A DNA stretch of 63,690 nt, counting the filler, from Octopus bimaculoides (Eukaryota): NCBI RefSeq assembly GCF_001194135.2. It is 5 parts of 5 records of this genome, joined end to end, with 100 filler letters (N's around TTAATTAATTAA, not from the genome) between each part and the next. Parts side by side here need not be neighbours in the genome. Positions count along the whole stretch, not along the records: positions 28,535 to 52,231 come from NC_069002.1; 4 more parts are not named here. The stretch is one strand, 5' to 3'. Made by a program: the position numbers and the translations under genes. Positions 36,396-50,345 of this stretch are shown here, one piece after another (position 1 is the stretch's first letter; the number at the start of each line of letters is the position of its first letter). Under the pieces are notes generated by a model that was not told where the DNA came from, ran no database searches, and was given only the letters and a program-made list of their open reading frames with translations.

Positions 36396-36979
36396 CAGAA
36401 AATGTCACATTTATGTCACATAAATGTTGTCATGTTTTGTATTAAATAATAAGCTTTAGATGTAGTCCAATTGTGTTTTTGTTGATCTCGGGTTATTTCC
36501 ATTTTCTGATTATTTAAATTTGATTCCTGATAAACTTGTTTATTCTGTTGTATCTGTACCCTACGAGCATGGTGTGCCTGCATACCCAGGCCCAGGGATA
36601 GCACGGGTAACTGATACCGATAGTATATACGGATATTTTATCCCTTAGTCGGTTATGATAACCGCTAACTCTGCTTACCTATATATATACTCGTATGTAT
36701 ACACACACACCTTTATTCTCTATAATGTTTACACTTACTTATATATTAATTTACGTATGGAACCTGCATACACACTCGCATATTAATATTTTACATTTAT
36801 ATTAATTCATGTAGAATTCTGAATCTATAGGAAACTGAAATATACTATAAGGTTAGTAAATAGAAACTGGTTAGCATAGACACACATAGTTTTACATATA
36901 TGACCGCCATGTACCGTACGCCTGCGACGCATTAATGACACTACAACGAAAATATTCCCGATTAAGCGTGAGTTCTCTC

Positions 36980-37700
36980 ACTACTTTGCCACTCCTGTCC
37001 AACCAGCTCATGATATTGTCCATCCATTGCATTTACTGCCCACCTCCTGATCTACTACCATTTACTCTTCCTTCATTCCTTCAATGATAATATATTTCAG
37101 ACTCCTGCTTCTTCGAATATGTCCATGACAGATGAGCTTTTGTTTTATCACAATGTTCATCAGTTGTCGTCTTTTACCTACTTGTAGTAAAACTCAGTCA
37201 CTTGTCCAATGGTCTTTGTAAGAGACTCATAACATTCTCCTATACACCCACATTTCAAACGCATTGTTCTCTTCAAATTTGTTCAGAGTCCATACTTCGC
37301 AACCATAAATGCCTATTGTTCAAGTGAGTGCTTGCACTAGCCTTGTTTTAACTTAGTTGGGATTCTTTTGCTGTTCCAGACACTATTAATCTTTTCTATG
37401 GAATCTCTTGCAATGGCTAGCTGTGTCCCATTTCTTTCTTACATGTTGCTTCATCAGAGATTTGAGCTTCAAGATATTTGTACAATTCAACCTGTTCGAG
37501 CCCCAGTTTGGTTGAAAACATTTACTTTCTTCTTTCTTACTACCATGACTGCTGTTTTCTTATGGTTGAAATAAAGATGATGCGAATTTGATGCCTTCTC
37601 GATCCTATTTATCATGTCTTGTTGTTCGGCTTCAGTCTTGCCAAGCAGAACAGTATCGTCTGCATACCTGAGACAAGAGATGTGCAAGCCATTACATATG
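36980..37700 (-). mobile_element. RTE (BovB-like) LINE remnant
   Basis: LRYADDTVLL in ORF 37487-37687, followed by decayed C-terminal motifs. Confidence 0.75.
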
Positions 37701-38657
37701 TAGAGTCATCTATTCTCATGCAATAACACTGACATAGATATACACGCATTATTCGTTCAATGATTAAACACCATAAATATATAAGGTACATATTAATAAA
37801 CAGTAACAAATGCATCTACAAGATACTTGTACCCACAGGGACATATGCAATGGTATATACATACCAGTTAGTATAATATTATACAAAAATAAATCAATGT
37901 AATTAAAAATAAATTAATAAACAAAAAATTTATATCACATAATGTTGAATATTAGAAGTATTTTACGAATTCCGAAGACGAGCTTTTGAGTCTATGGCTA
38001 CATTTTTGAACGATTTCAAAATGTCTGTTAATGTATACACATCGTATACTTGTATATATATATACATACATGAATGCATATAAGTGTAGCACCTTCGGCA
38101 AGTGAACTTGGAACCATGATTGGGAAGTATACTTCTTTCCACACAACCATGTGTGTGTATAGATATATATATACACATGAGGAGGAATACATGTGAATTC
38201 CAAAAGAAAGGATGTTTTTGCTAAAATATTTTATTTGCCGCGGTAATGGAAGAGTAGATAGAACTGGGTTATTTCGTTATTTCACAGATAATTTGCTTTC
38301 TAAATATTTGTAAAAGGATAGACATTTCACAAAACGAAGTTAAGTCTTTTAAGACAAAAATCTCTTGCATTTTAAATGTGAACGAATGCACATTTACGAC
38401 AATCATGTCTGGTTTCAAAGAGTTTTTGCACCATTGAACAAACGATAATTGTACCATCAGAATGCGTCGTCGTCTGAACTTGTTCAATGATGTTCTTCAC
38501 AGTTGTAAGATGTATTCATTAGTTACATTGGCACAAGGTCTTTTAAACTGTATAGTTTTGTGTGAAGTATGTTTGCTGAAAATGTTGAATCACCGATAAG
38601 AAACATTTAAAAATAATACCCACGTTGAACAACACACAAGTATAAACATTCAAAGCA

Positions 38658-38704
<47 letters not shown>

Positions 38705-40129
38705 CATATATATATNNNNNNNNNNNNNNNNNNNNNNNNNNNNNNNNNNNNNNNNNNNNNNNNNNNNNNNNNNNNNNNNNNNNNNNNNNNNNNNNNNNNN
38801 NNNNNNNNNNNNNNNNNNNNNNNNNNNNNNNNNNNNNNNNNNNNNNNNNNNNNNNNNNNNNNNNNNNNNNNNNNNNNNNNNNNNNNNNNNNNNNNNNNNN
38901 NNNNNNNNNNNNNNNNNNNNNNNNNNNNNNNNNNNNNNNNNNNNNNNNNNNNNNNNNNNNNNNNNNNNNNNNNNNNNNNNNNNNNNNNNNNNNNNNNNNN
39001 NNNNNNNNNNNNNNNNNNNNNNNNNNNNNNNNNNNNNNNNNNNNNNNNNNNNNNNNNNNNNNNNNNNNNNNNNNNNNNNNNNNNNNNNNNNNNNNNNNNN
39101 NNNNNNNNNNNNNNNNNNNNNNNNNNNNNNNNNNNNNNNNNNNNNNNNNNNNNNNNNNNNNNNNNNNNNNNNNNNNNNNNNNNNNNNNNNNNNNNNNNNN
39201 NNNNNNNNNNNNNNNNNNNNNNNNNNNNNNNNNNNNNNNNNNNNNNNNNNNNNNNNNNNNNNNNNNNNNNNNNNNNNNNNNNNNNNNNNNNNNNNNNNNN
39301 NNNNNNNNNNNNNNNNNNNNNNNNNNNNNNNNNNNNNNNNNNNNNNNNNNNNNNNNNNNNNNNNNNNNNNNNNNNNNNNNNNNNNNNNNNNNNNNNNNNN
39401 NNNNNNNNNNNNNNNNNNNNNNNNNNNNNNNNNNNNNNNNNNNNNNNNNNNNNNNNNNNNNNNNNNNNNNNNNNNNNNNNNNNNNNNNNNNNNNNNNNNN
39501 NNNNNNNNNNNNNNNNNNNNNNNNNNNNNNNNNNNNNNNNNNNNNNNNNNNNNNNNNNNNNNNNNNNNNNNNNNNNNNNNNNNNNNNNNNNNNNNNNNNN
39601 NNNNNNNNNNNNNNNNNNNNNNNNNNNNNNNNNNNNNNNNNNNNNNNNNNNNTATATACTTTCTCCTATATGGAAATCTGTTTTAGTTTCTCTATTTAAT
39701 TTTGAAACAAAATCGAAGATAAAAACTATAGCAGATTAATGTATAATTTATTTGATTTCCCCTGATTTTCTTAATCTGCTATTTCTAACATTTATGGTAT
39801 AATACTAAATTTTCACTGTTGGGTTTTACTGCTGCTATTGTTTTCATGTACCTGTCGTTGATGGGGATTTTTGTCCTAGTTTGTGCAGTGTGGACTGATA
39901 AATTCAATATATTATTTACGTATAGCTTTGGGAGGTTCGTTGTTGCCAATTATGAGAATTACACATTAAAAAACGTCGTCGAAATGCAGAAATATGAGAA
40001 AGAGGGTTATAACATGAAATCATGTTAGACACATATGGGCAGCAGAGAAAGCTCTTTAATATCATGAGTAAAGTCAACTGAGTAAAAACTGAAGTAGCTA
40101 ATATTTAAGTTTGCCACTTTGAAAACGGA

Positions 40130-40620
40130 GTGAAGGAGGTAGCTGATAAATTCCTGTCCATAATTCTGCTGAATATAGAACTTCAGATTTTAGCGCTTGT
40201 CGTCGGCAGTCTGGACAAGAAAGCGAATAATTGTGTGATCCTGAGCAGATCTATAAACTACAGCCTCCACTTATGCGATACGTCGTAGAGAAGGTGAGCA
40301 GTAAACCTATCGTCAGCAGTGCTTTGATCAATCTGAATCAATCGAAAGCTTTTGATAGGGTCAACCCTTGCTACTTTGCGGTTGTTCTAAAGGCAGCCGA
40401 TTTTGCTCCTCGTTTTCACAATCTGAACTACTTCATTGTGCAAGGTGTTTTATTCGATTGTCAGAGTAAATGGCCTCTGGTCGGAATTACTTCCAATCTC
40501 AGGAACTTGATTGCTCTGGAGAAGTGCTCCAGAAAACACCTGCTGGACACTATCTCCAAATTCTATCGAAGCGGTTCGTGCAAATCACAAATTTGTCGTC
40601 TGTGTATGTATCCAAGCAGT
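40130..40620 (+). mobile_element. L1/Tx1-clade reverse transcriptase remnant
   Basis: LLN.EL.ILA, LHLMRYVVEK and ALINLNQSKAFDRV motifs. Confidence 0.75.
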
Positions 40621-41089
40621 TGAAATTGAGGGCCATGCAAATGAACCCCTAACCTATAAAGACTCAGTATACACTTGAAGAATCTTTTCCGTACCTTTCC
40701 GTCAGTTGAGAACTCTGAGTTGATTGTTTGGTTTTTAGATTCCTTCCTTCGTCAATGAACTAGCACTACACAAATCGTTTGTGCATCTAATAAGAAATTC
40801 CAATCACGTCACTTGTACTCCAAAGCAAGTTGTCCTCAAAACAAATCTCTTAATAGCTTACAGAAGTCCACCCGCCAACCTCCCTGGTTGTAACATGGAC
40901 GGACACCTGACTGACGTCATTGCTTCTGACGCTGTTAACATTCAGCTCCACATTGTGTGTTACCTGGTTCCATAAAGGCTATCCGTACGCCGAGACAACA
41001 CTGTCACCCTGATTCTGTGTGGTTGCTATCTGCACCTACGAAACTTTATGTAATGCGAAGCAAAATCAACCTATGAACATACTGGCTTT

Positions 41090-41240
41090 GAATTTTGACT
41101 CGAAGCCACCAATTTCTGGGATGCGAGTAAGTCGATTGTACCGATCCCAGTACACAACTGGTACTTATTTTACCGACCCCGATAGGATGAAAGGCAGAGT
41201 CGACCCAGGCTGAATTTGAACTCAGGCCACAAAGACAAAC
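41090..41240 (-). mobile_element. SINE family C, partial
   Basis: ggtacttattttaccgaccccgataggatgaaaggcagagtcgac body. Confidence 0.7.
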
Positions 41241-41263
41241 ATATTTAAGTTGTGTATTTTGAT

Positions 41264-41312
<49 letters not shown>

Positions 41313-41418
41313 AAAAGATGTAAACATATGCTTACACATATGCATGCATATATATATATAGACACACACACACACATATATATGTATACATCTATATGTA
41401 TCTATCTAACAAGACAGG

Positions 41419-41481
<63 letters not shown>

Positions 41482-42009
41482 GAGTTATTCCCTGTGAAGC
41501 AGACGTCAGGATGATTCTATTATATAAATTGTAAATCGCCATTTATTTCCTATTATTTTCTTGTTTGTTACTTTCTTGTTCAGAAACAGCGATAACATAA
41601 ATTAAGTTTACATTTAAACAGTAAAATTTGATTATATACACAAGGTATTTGTGGTTCCAGTGATCATCTCGAAGATAAAAGAAAGAAAATCGTTCTTCAT
41701 AGACAAGGACTTTTTTTCCTAAGCTTCTTTTCTCGAATCGCTATTTTATTTGTTTTGCCGTTATTTCTATACAAGTTTGTGTTTTGTGTTTCTGTTTCTT
41801 TGACTGGTATTCATTGCTACCTTTGAAGAAATATTCTTGAAATAAGAAGGCAAGGAGTCTATAGAAAAATACAATCAAATAGAATAACATTTGATTCTTA
41901 AGCAGAAAGATGATATATACGTGTAATTTAAAAAAATAAAGTAAACGCATATTTATTTGAATGTTTTGCGGTGGGGTGATTTAGTGAAGGCTTGCCTGTA
42001 CAAACACTT

Positions 42010-43190
42010 CGAAATCAGTGAAAATTGTACCGATAATGTTGTTCCTTAAATTGGTGTAATTCGAAGACTGCAAAAGAAAATAGGAAGAGAATACCAAAGT
42101 GGGTCGATCTTCTCATAATGAAGGACTGGTTAATGCGTGGCCTGAGGTGTGTGATGGATATAATAAGGGAAGTGAGATTGGGGTGTGAACGAGTGTATTT
42201 TAGAGGAGATGGCGTGAAGTCAAACATCGCCGAGAAAAAAGAAAGATATGAGACAACACGAATGTAAGTCAGAGTTTTAGAGTGTTTGTGGGTGACTCTC
42301 ACTTAATCGATTGGCCTTTCTTTAGATACAGACTAGGTTGCCTCTGTGTGTAGCAGCAGCATAGCCCCTTACACGAGAGCAGTACTTCATTGTTGATCTC
42401 ATCATTTTTTCTATCTTTTTTTTAGAAACCAATTCGTAGTAGTTAGGGGCTAAAGCAATATTTTAACTCTGAAGAGAAAATGTACCCTTTGTGATGCAGT
42501 CTTTGCTACCTTGTATATGTTGGTTCACCGCGAGAGAGATTTTCTTCGATGGTGAGGTGCAACATTTGAAATGTTCATGAGGGTCTAGTTTCATGTCGTA
42601 CATGTAACTAGAGCCGGCGAGATGGGATACGATAATATTTTCTTAATATGAACAGTTGTTGTGTTTTGGATATGAAAAACGACAGGATTGGCGCTATTCC
42701 ATGTTATATTTTAGAGCTCTCTTGGGCTTTTGGTACGAGGTATCTAGGGTACAAAGAGACGATAATACTTGGATGGGGAAGGCTAGAGAGGAATGATCAT
42801 TGCTGCAGAAAACAAAGAGTATATCTTTGATATGTCGGAAAAAGTGTGTTATCCAAGAATTGATAGAGTTTGGAGGTAGGGAATGAGAGAGAGCTTCACT
42901 AACACAAGTAACGAAAGACAGATGAAGCCCATATTAAGAAGCTTTAAGAGAAGGTTGCTACTCCAAAAACGGTTGAAACTTTTACTGATGTCCAAGCTAA
43001 TAACTACGCTTTCATTAAATTTCTGAGGACGAATGACCACTAATGAGTAACATTGAAGAGTAGATTTCCGATAGATTTGCCTTTGCAATAATCGTGCACA
43101 AGGATGAAAGAAGACAAAGCTGAACTTGTGGGATACAATGATAAAAAAGAGGCTTAGGATAGGGCATAGTCGATTTAATTAAAGGTCGTA
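42010..43190 (-). mobile_element. CR1/L2-group LINE remnant
   Basis: SLDISKSFNRFW..LLLKL (consensus ALDISKAFDRVWH..LL.KL) and IRSTMKYCS (consensus IRP.MEYCS). Confidence 0.6.
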
Positions 43191-43226
43191 CCTGACTGAT
43201 ACCTATCCGGTCTATTGTTAACGATG

Positions 43227-43991
43227 TGGAGGCGCAATGTCCCAGTGATTAGGGCAGCAGACTCGCGGTCGTGGGATTGCAGTTTCAATTCCCAGACCGG
43301 GCGTTGTGAGTGCTTATTGAGCGAAAACACCTAAAGCTCCACGAGGCTTCAGCAGCGGGTGGTTCCGAACCCTGCTGTCTTCTTTCATTGTAACTTTCTG
43401 TCCCTGTTTGTGTTGTACCTGTATTTCAAAGGGCCAGCCTTGTCACACTCTGTGTCACACTGAATCTCCACCGGGAACTACGTTAAGAGTACACGTGTCT
43501 GTGGAGTGCTCAGCCACTTGCACGTTAATTTCACGTGCATGCTGTTCCGTTGATCGTATCAGCTGGGACCCTCATCGTCATAACCGACGGAGTGCTCCTT
43601 TTGTGGAGGCGCAATGGCCCAGTGGTTAGAGCAATGGACTCGCGGTCATAGGATCGCGGTTTCGATTCCCAGACCGGACGTTGTGAGTGTTTATTGAGCG
43701 AAAACACCTAAAAGCCCCACGAGGTTCCGGCAGGGGATGGTGGCGAACCCTGCTGTACTCATTCACCACAACTTTCTCTCACACTTTCTTCCTGTTTCTG
43801 TTGTACCTGTATTTCAAAGGACCAGCCTTGTCACACTCTGTGTCACGCTGAATCTCCCCCGAGAACTACGTTGAGTGTACACGTATCTGTGGAGTGCTCA
43901 GCCACTTGCACGTTAGTTTCACGAGCAGGCTGTTCCGTTGATCGACTCAACTAGAACCTTCCTCATCATCGTAACCGATGGCGTGCCGCGT
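43227..43991 (+). mobile_element. Head-to-tail dimer of tRNA-SINE family B with one 14-bp TSD
   Basis: Two units of about 380 bp (43227-43602 and 43603-43991), each with A box and B box ggtttc(a/g)attccc. tattgttaacgatg is at 43213-43226 and 43992-44005. Confidence 0.88.
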
Positions 43992-44689
43992 TATTGTTAA
44001 CGATGAAAGGCAAGATCGACGTTAGCAAGGTTCGAACTTAGATATAACTAAATACCATTAAGTAACTCACTGTGATAAACAGCAAAAGTTATTGTATTCT
44101 TTGGTTGAGTTTTAGAGTTTTTTAGTGCAAATATATATTTTCCTTTTGCATTTAGAATACATTATCTTGGTTCTTTTTTTCTATTTTCTTCTCTTTTCCC
44201 TCACATTTTTTGTTGTTTTTCTTGTTCTTGTAATGTTTCTTTTTGCTTCGTCATCATCTTTTTCTTCTACGTCGACGTCTCTTCCTTCTTCTTCTTTCAC
44301 ACTATCGTCGTCTTCTCCGTGCTTACGTACTCGCTTGCCTTCCTCTTCCTACTTTCATCCGCCTCTTTTATCCTCCATCTTGTTCTTGTTAGTGTTCTTT
44401 TATTACTTTCTATTATTATTCAGCCATTCATTAATCATTCATTCATTCTTCTTCTTCTTCAGCTCCTCCTCCTTGTTCTTCTTCTTCTTCTTCTTCTTCT
44501 TCTTCTTCTTCTTCTTCTNNNNNNNNNNNNNNNNNNNNNNNNNNNNNNNNNNNNNNNNNNNNNNNNNNNNNNNNNNNNNNNNNNNNNNNNNNNNNNNNNN
44601 NNNNNNNNNNNNNNNNNNCGGATAGTGTTATTGGACGCTCGGGAAAGGAAAGATATATATATATATATTACAGTTATGTCGGAACAAGT

Positions 44690-45290
44690 AACACAGGAAT
44701 GTGCTGCATTGACGACAAAACTTTTGTGGAATAAATGTTAAAGCTTTGCATAAACCTCAATTTAAGTTTTTCACACTAATTTGGACAGAATTATCATTTT
44801 TATAACAATGAGTTGGATCATAACTGAAAGCAGCTCCAGATGTTGCGAAGAACGAATTTGTACGTGGTCTGTTTCCGAGAGCTATTCTGTTGGACCTCTG
44901 TGTAATCTGGAGTGCTAAACGTTGTTTTATCGATTCAGCATTAAGTGCTGCCGCATGCTTTTACTGATCTTGGGAAAGACTCATCTCCCTTCTATCTTGA
45001 GACTCCATCTGATGTACTGCAGCATGCATTTGCTGATCTTGGGAAAGTCTCGTCTGCCTTCTGTCTTGAGACTGTATTTGACATGCTGCAGCATGCGTTT
45101 GGTGATCTTTGGAAAATGCATTGAAACTCCATCTGACGTGCTGCAGCATGCCTCTGTTGATGTTACGAAAGTCACATGTCACTTATCTCTTGAGACTTTT
45201 GCCTTCGGTTTTCTGCACTCCTCCTTGCTTTATTGGTATCTCCGGAAAGATTACGTGTTTTTCTTTGGTGGCATATTTTTTCAATATGTT
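44690..45290 (-). mobile_element. Helitron RepHel N-terminal remnant with 69-bp coding repeats
   Basis: MPPKK.RNLS..T.KARR start, 23-aa repeats (HAAA.Q.ESQDRR..RLSQDQ), then AAFSYDPTHCY...(C)GLCKAL; stops and frameshifts. Confidence 0.7.
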
Positions 45291-45959
45291 AAACAAAAAA
45301 TCATGAACATAGAAAAAATATACATTAATCTCTATTTTTGTAAGCAGTTGTATGTATATAGTATGTCTATATTTCTGTATGCAGTATACGTTAACCAAAT
45401 ATAAGCAAATTATAAACACCTCAGGACCTTGCAACTTCTGTGATAATTATGAATTAATTGAACGGTAGATGTGTATTTTTATATATAAGTTGGACCTTCC
45501 ACGTAATTGGCTGTTGTCAAGAGTTTCACCTCCAGCCGTTCTCGTCACATATGTATGTGTGTGTAGATGTATGTGTGTGTTTAATAACGTACGTAATGGG
45601 AGCGCAAACACACTCACACACAGACACATACACATTCATGTACAAAATGTTATGATACTCACACATATATTCTCACATATAGTCACATACATATAGTAAG
45701 AGAGACACATACAGCCATGCATTCACGCATGTCAGTCGTCACATGTGTATATGTATATGTAGATGTCTGTGTATGTTTAATAACGTATCTAACGCAGAAA
45801 TATACATACAGTCAGAGAGACATACACACTCATACACGCACACACATATACTCAGAGACACATACACACTCATATATGTGACGTCGTTGTCATAGTGGTA
45901 TAAAATGTCCTTTACTATCTCGTGCGTATCGAACGCGCAAGCACACACAGAAAAGTGAA

Positions 45960-46665
45960 TGAATAAGAATGAAACGAGGAAGTCAATCTGTAGACAGAAA
46001 TTACAAATCTCATTTCAGCGTATAAAGCTGTAGAAGAAAATAGCTTGAGTGAAAAAACTTGAGCTGCGCGTAAACGCTCAGTGGCGTGGTTGAATTCTCA
46101 TTGGTTAGTAATGAAGGCTTATCGGCTGTATCACGAAGGTTTTCGATAGAGAGAGAAATCTAAATAGTGTGTTCGAATAGAAGGAGTTCAAAACATCTAA
46201 AATAAGTAATGTTGGAGGGAGAACGTACAAATAACGTGAAGACAAAGATATTTACGCACGCCAAAATTGAAATACACTGAAGTCAATTTTCAGAGAGAGA
46301 GAGAGAGAAAGTGAAAGAAACAGACATAGGCTTAAAGGGAGGAAGTATTGCTGTGAGAAAAAGAAAGAAAAGAGGTATACAAACAAAGAGAGAAAATGGA
46401 GAGAATCGCTTGAAAACTGCAGAAGTCAAAGGGAGAGAATCGGCTAAAAACTACAGTTTTCAGAGAAAAACCCATGTGAAACATCTTGTTACCTGTTCGG
46501 TTTGTCACATTTCACAGGAGCTCTGGGCAAAATGTTATAGTGCATGACCATCCTTGGCACATAATTAATGTGTGTGTAAAGTTTGGTGAAAATCGGTTGA
46601 AAACTGTAGACATGTATGCGTACTACACACAAACCACAGACATCCTTTGTCTTATACATATATAC
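45960..46665 (+). mobile_element. Probable non-autonomous Helitron/Helentron-type element
   Basis: 3' aagtttggtgaaaatcggttgaaaactgtag...acagacatcctttgtcttataca resembles the 3' end at about 27100-27190; left boundary approximate. Confidence 0.45.
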
Positions 46666-46689
46666 ATGCATATATACATGCATATATAC

Positions 46690-46823
<134 letters not shown>

Positions 46824-47544
46824 GCATGTATATTGGCATGTATGTATGCCTAGACAAACAAACAACGTAATAATGACAGTGTGAAACACATTAGTTCTGT
46901 CAAAGATTTTGCCTGTTCTTTGTGTCCCCAACCCACCAGTTTCCTCTCCCCAAACAAAAATTGTATTAACTACTGTGAATTCAAAACGGCACACAGCACG
47001 GGACCACAATCACAGCACAAATCAAAAAGAACTAATTCTTTTTTTAATTATATTTAGACACGTGCGAGGCACGGTTCGTTGCCAAAGCAAACTGTAACCT
47101 CAAAATTCCTGGGAATCTACAAGAAACAAAACACTTCCAAACACCCGAACACTTATGCAACACCCACGACACTACTACTATTATTACTACTACTACCACA
47201 ACTACTACTACGACGACGACTGCTACTACTATTACTACTACTACTACCACAACTACTACTACGACGACGACTACTACTAGTATTACTACTACTACTTTCC
47301 CACTCAATCTTGGCCAGTATTGGGAACATATCCCGCTTTGTCTGTTCCGCTGCAATAATCAGAATCCATGTGCGAGGATGGAATGGAATGTGGATAGGGA
47401 CCAACGCGTCTAAATCAACACACTGCATCCCAAAGAATTCATCATTACATTTTGGAAGATGCTGTATTGTCCTCAGGTGTTGTGCAGAAACATGCTATAT
47501 CCAGGAAGGTAAATTTGTAGGTCAACAGTGCAAAAGAATTCTGA

Positions 47545-48495
47545 ATTTTGAATTAGCAGAATTGAAGAAGGGAAAAGAGAGTCTTAAAGATGACCCAAGG
47601 TCTGAACATCCTGCAACTGTCATCACCAAAGAAAACATTGATCGTGTCGACCATGTGCTGATGGATGACAGATGGTTGACTATAAATTAAATAGTCAATG
47701 TTATTAGTGTGTCCCATGCGTAATGAAGTTGGCATGACAAAGGTTTCTGCTCAGAGGATACCACGTTATCTAACATATGATTAAAAGTGCATCAGGCTGA
47801 TCGCATGACGAGGAAATCTGATATTGTTCGAGACAGGTTCAATTGGTTTCCTTGAACGTTTGCTAACTCAGGATGAGTATTGGATTCTTCACTTTGAGCC
47901 AGAGACAGAGAATCCATGCAGTGGAAATACCCCTCCTCACTTGATCCAAAGAAGGTCAAAGTCACTTTATCAACAGGGAAGGTGCTGGCCCGAGATTTTT
48001 GAGATGCAAAACGCATTGTGTTTATTGACTGTCTTCAAACGGACCACAGCTTGAATGAAGACTATTATGTCAACTTGCTGAGGCAGTTACGAAAGGCTAT
48101 CACGGACAAATACCTAGGAAAACTGACGAAAAGAGGTCTTGTTTTATCAGGACAATGCTTCAGCACACAAGGCCGTTTGAGTAGCTGCTATGCATGACTG
48201 TGGCTTTGAGTTGGTTGATCACCCTCCTATTCTCTTGATTTGGCCCCATCTCACTATCCTCTGTCCTCCAATATGAAAAAAGTCTTGGCTGAGAACCACT
48301 ATCGCAGAAATGATAACGTCATATCTGTGGTTGAATTTTTTGACCAACAGTATGGAAGCTTCTTCACGAAGCAATGCAACACCGACGGAAGAAGTGTGTA
48401 GACCGCAAGGAGGACTACGTTGAAAAATTAACCACATTTGGTCGCACTTCGTGAGAGTACCTTGATCAGACTATGAACTTTTCAGCCGGACCTCG
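47545..48495 (+). mobile_element. 5'-truncated mariner transposon, decayed
   Basis: DDPRS..PAT...ENIDRV, DE.WILHFEPET, DNA..H and PYSPDLAP-like motifs; right TIR gaacttttcagccggacctcg followed by TA. Confidence 0.88.
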
Positions 48496-48926
48496 TACAA
48501 CATTACTTTATATTAGTTTATATATTTCTTTTACAAAATCTAATTTCTGATGCCCCAAAGACAAAAAAGCAAAATAAAAAGGAAAACAGTAATAGAAGAC
48601 AACAATAAAATAGAACTGACAAAAGTATTAAGAGAATTCAGTAAAGAAAAGATAACAATTAATTAGATATTACATAAGACATTGTAGCATTGCTATTTAT
48701 CTGGCTTTATTTTCGCTAATAGGATTTTTTTCTCTTTAAAGTACATTTCAAATACAAAAAAAACACGTAATTATCCTTTTATTTTTCGTTATTTACTGGA
48801 CTTATTGGTTTATATGTGAGGACAATTTAAGAGGTTTGCGAGTTTTTATGTGCGCGTGCACGTGTATGTGTGTGTGTGTTTGTATNNNNNNNNNNNNNNN
48901 NNNNNNNNNNNNNNNNNNNNNNNNTG

Positions 48927-48993
<67 letters not shown>

Positions 48994-49094
48994 GTGTGTG
49001 ATTTATTTCGCTTTTGTTTCCGAACATGTGGAGTAAATATTACTATAAATATTTGAGCTTGAATTTTTTTTATATAGGAATGAGCTATACGAAT

Positions 49095-49193
49095 AGACAG
49101 ACAGACAGACAGACGGATAGACAGACAGACAGTTAGATAGACAGATAGATAGATAGATAGATGGATAGATAGATAGCTAGCTAGCTAGCTAGC

Positions 49194-49254
<61 letters not shown>

Positions 49255-49255
49255 T

Positions 49256-49337
<82 letters not shown>

Positions 49338-49354
49338 CAAACAGACAGATAGAC

Positions 49355-49439
<85 letters not shown>

Positions 49440-49440
49440 T
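49095..49440. repeat. Long (GATA)n/(GACA)n microsatellite
   Basis: Directly visible. Similar arrays are at 36322-36392, 41264-41310, 41418-41480 and 61940-62053. Confidence 0.95.
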
Positions 49441-49452
49441 CCAAGACAATTA

Positions 49453-49763
49453 CAATGAATACGGAGATCTGCCCTTTTTTATTTCTACAGTCTATTTATG
49501 CAGTATATCTGATTTCAATGTGTCCAACGCACGTTTCTGCTGCATAGACCTCTCCCAGTTACACTTGCATACAGTTACATTCATCTGATTATTATCCCAT
49601 GCAACTTTCTTCAAGGTCCAGTCACGTAACTGGATACAAATGCAAATGAGAGATGTCTATGCAGCAGAAACGTGCGTCGGACACATTTAACTCAAATATG
49701 TTGTATAATTGACAGTAGAAATTTTTAAAAAACGTGCAGATATAATAATATCCGTATTCACTG
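49453..49763. mobile_element. Foldback MITE with about 100-bp TIRs
   Basis: caatgaatacgga...tgtccaacgcacgtttctgctgcatagac versus gtctatgcagcagaaacgtgcgtcggaca...tccgtattcactg; TA at left. Confidence 0.8.
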
Positions 49764-50311
49764 CAAATGCCTTGGATATACTTTCGATAAACTATTTATA
49801 ATCCAGCGAAGCGAACCTAGGATTTACCCATTGGATAAGATACAGTTGTGATTGCTTAACTCAAGTGTTCCTTACCACTCAATGGGGTTAACCATAACTT
49901 GGATTACACTACAGTACTTGAACAGTACCTGCTTGGATATATTACTGCTATCTCTTTATATATATATATAGACACATATATATGTATTTATCAATACAAC
50001 ATAATAAAGAAAAAGGAAACTATGAAATTGAACAAGAAACACTAACTACCAAAATAAATGAGACTATCAACAGAATCGGGATCTGGAACCTCCTCAACCA
50101 CCTCCTCCTCCCCTCCCCTCCGCCACCTCCTCACCCTCATGATCGCTTCTATATAAAAGAATGAAAATAGTTCAAACACGAAATAGTATATATGTGTGTG
50201 TATGTGTCCGTCCGTTGCTATATATATATAATCCTTTCACGCACATGTATATGCATATATATATAAGCATATACACAAACATACACACACATGTAATTAT
50301 GTGTGTATGTG

Positions 50312-50345
<34 letters not shown>

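Noticed and set aside
43603-43680. tRNA gene
   Set aside because: The A and B boxes are SINE heads that continue into SINE bodies; no complete cloverleaf. The same applies at 15819 and 33148.
44922-45404. 160-aa plus-strand repeat protein
   Set aside because: It is the antisense reading of the Helitron repeat remnant.
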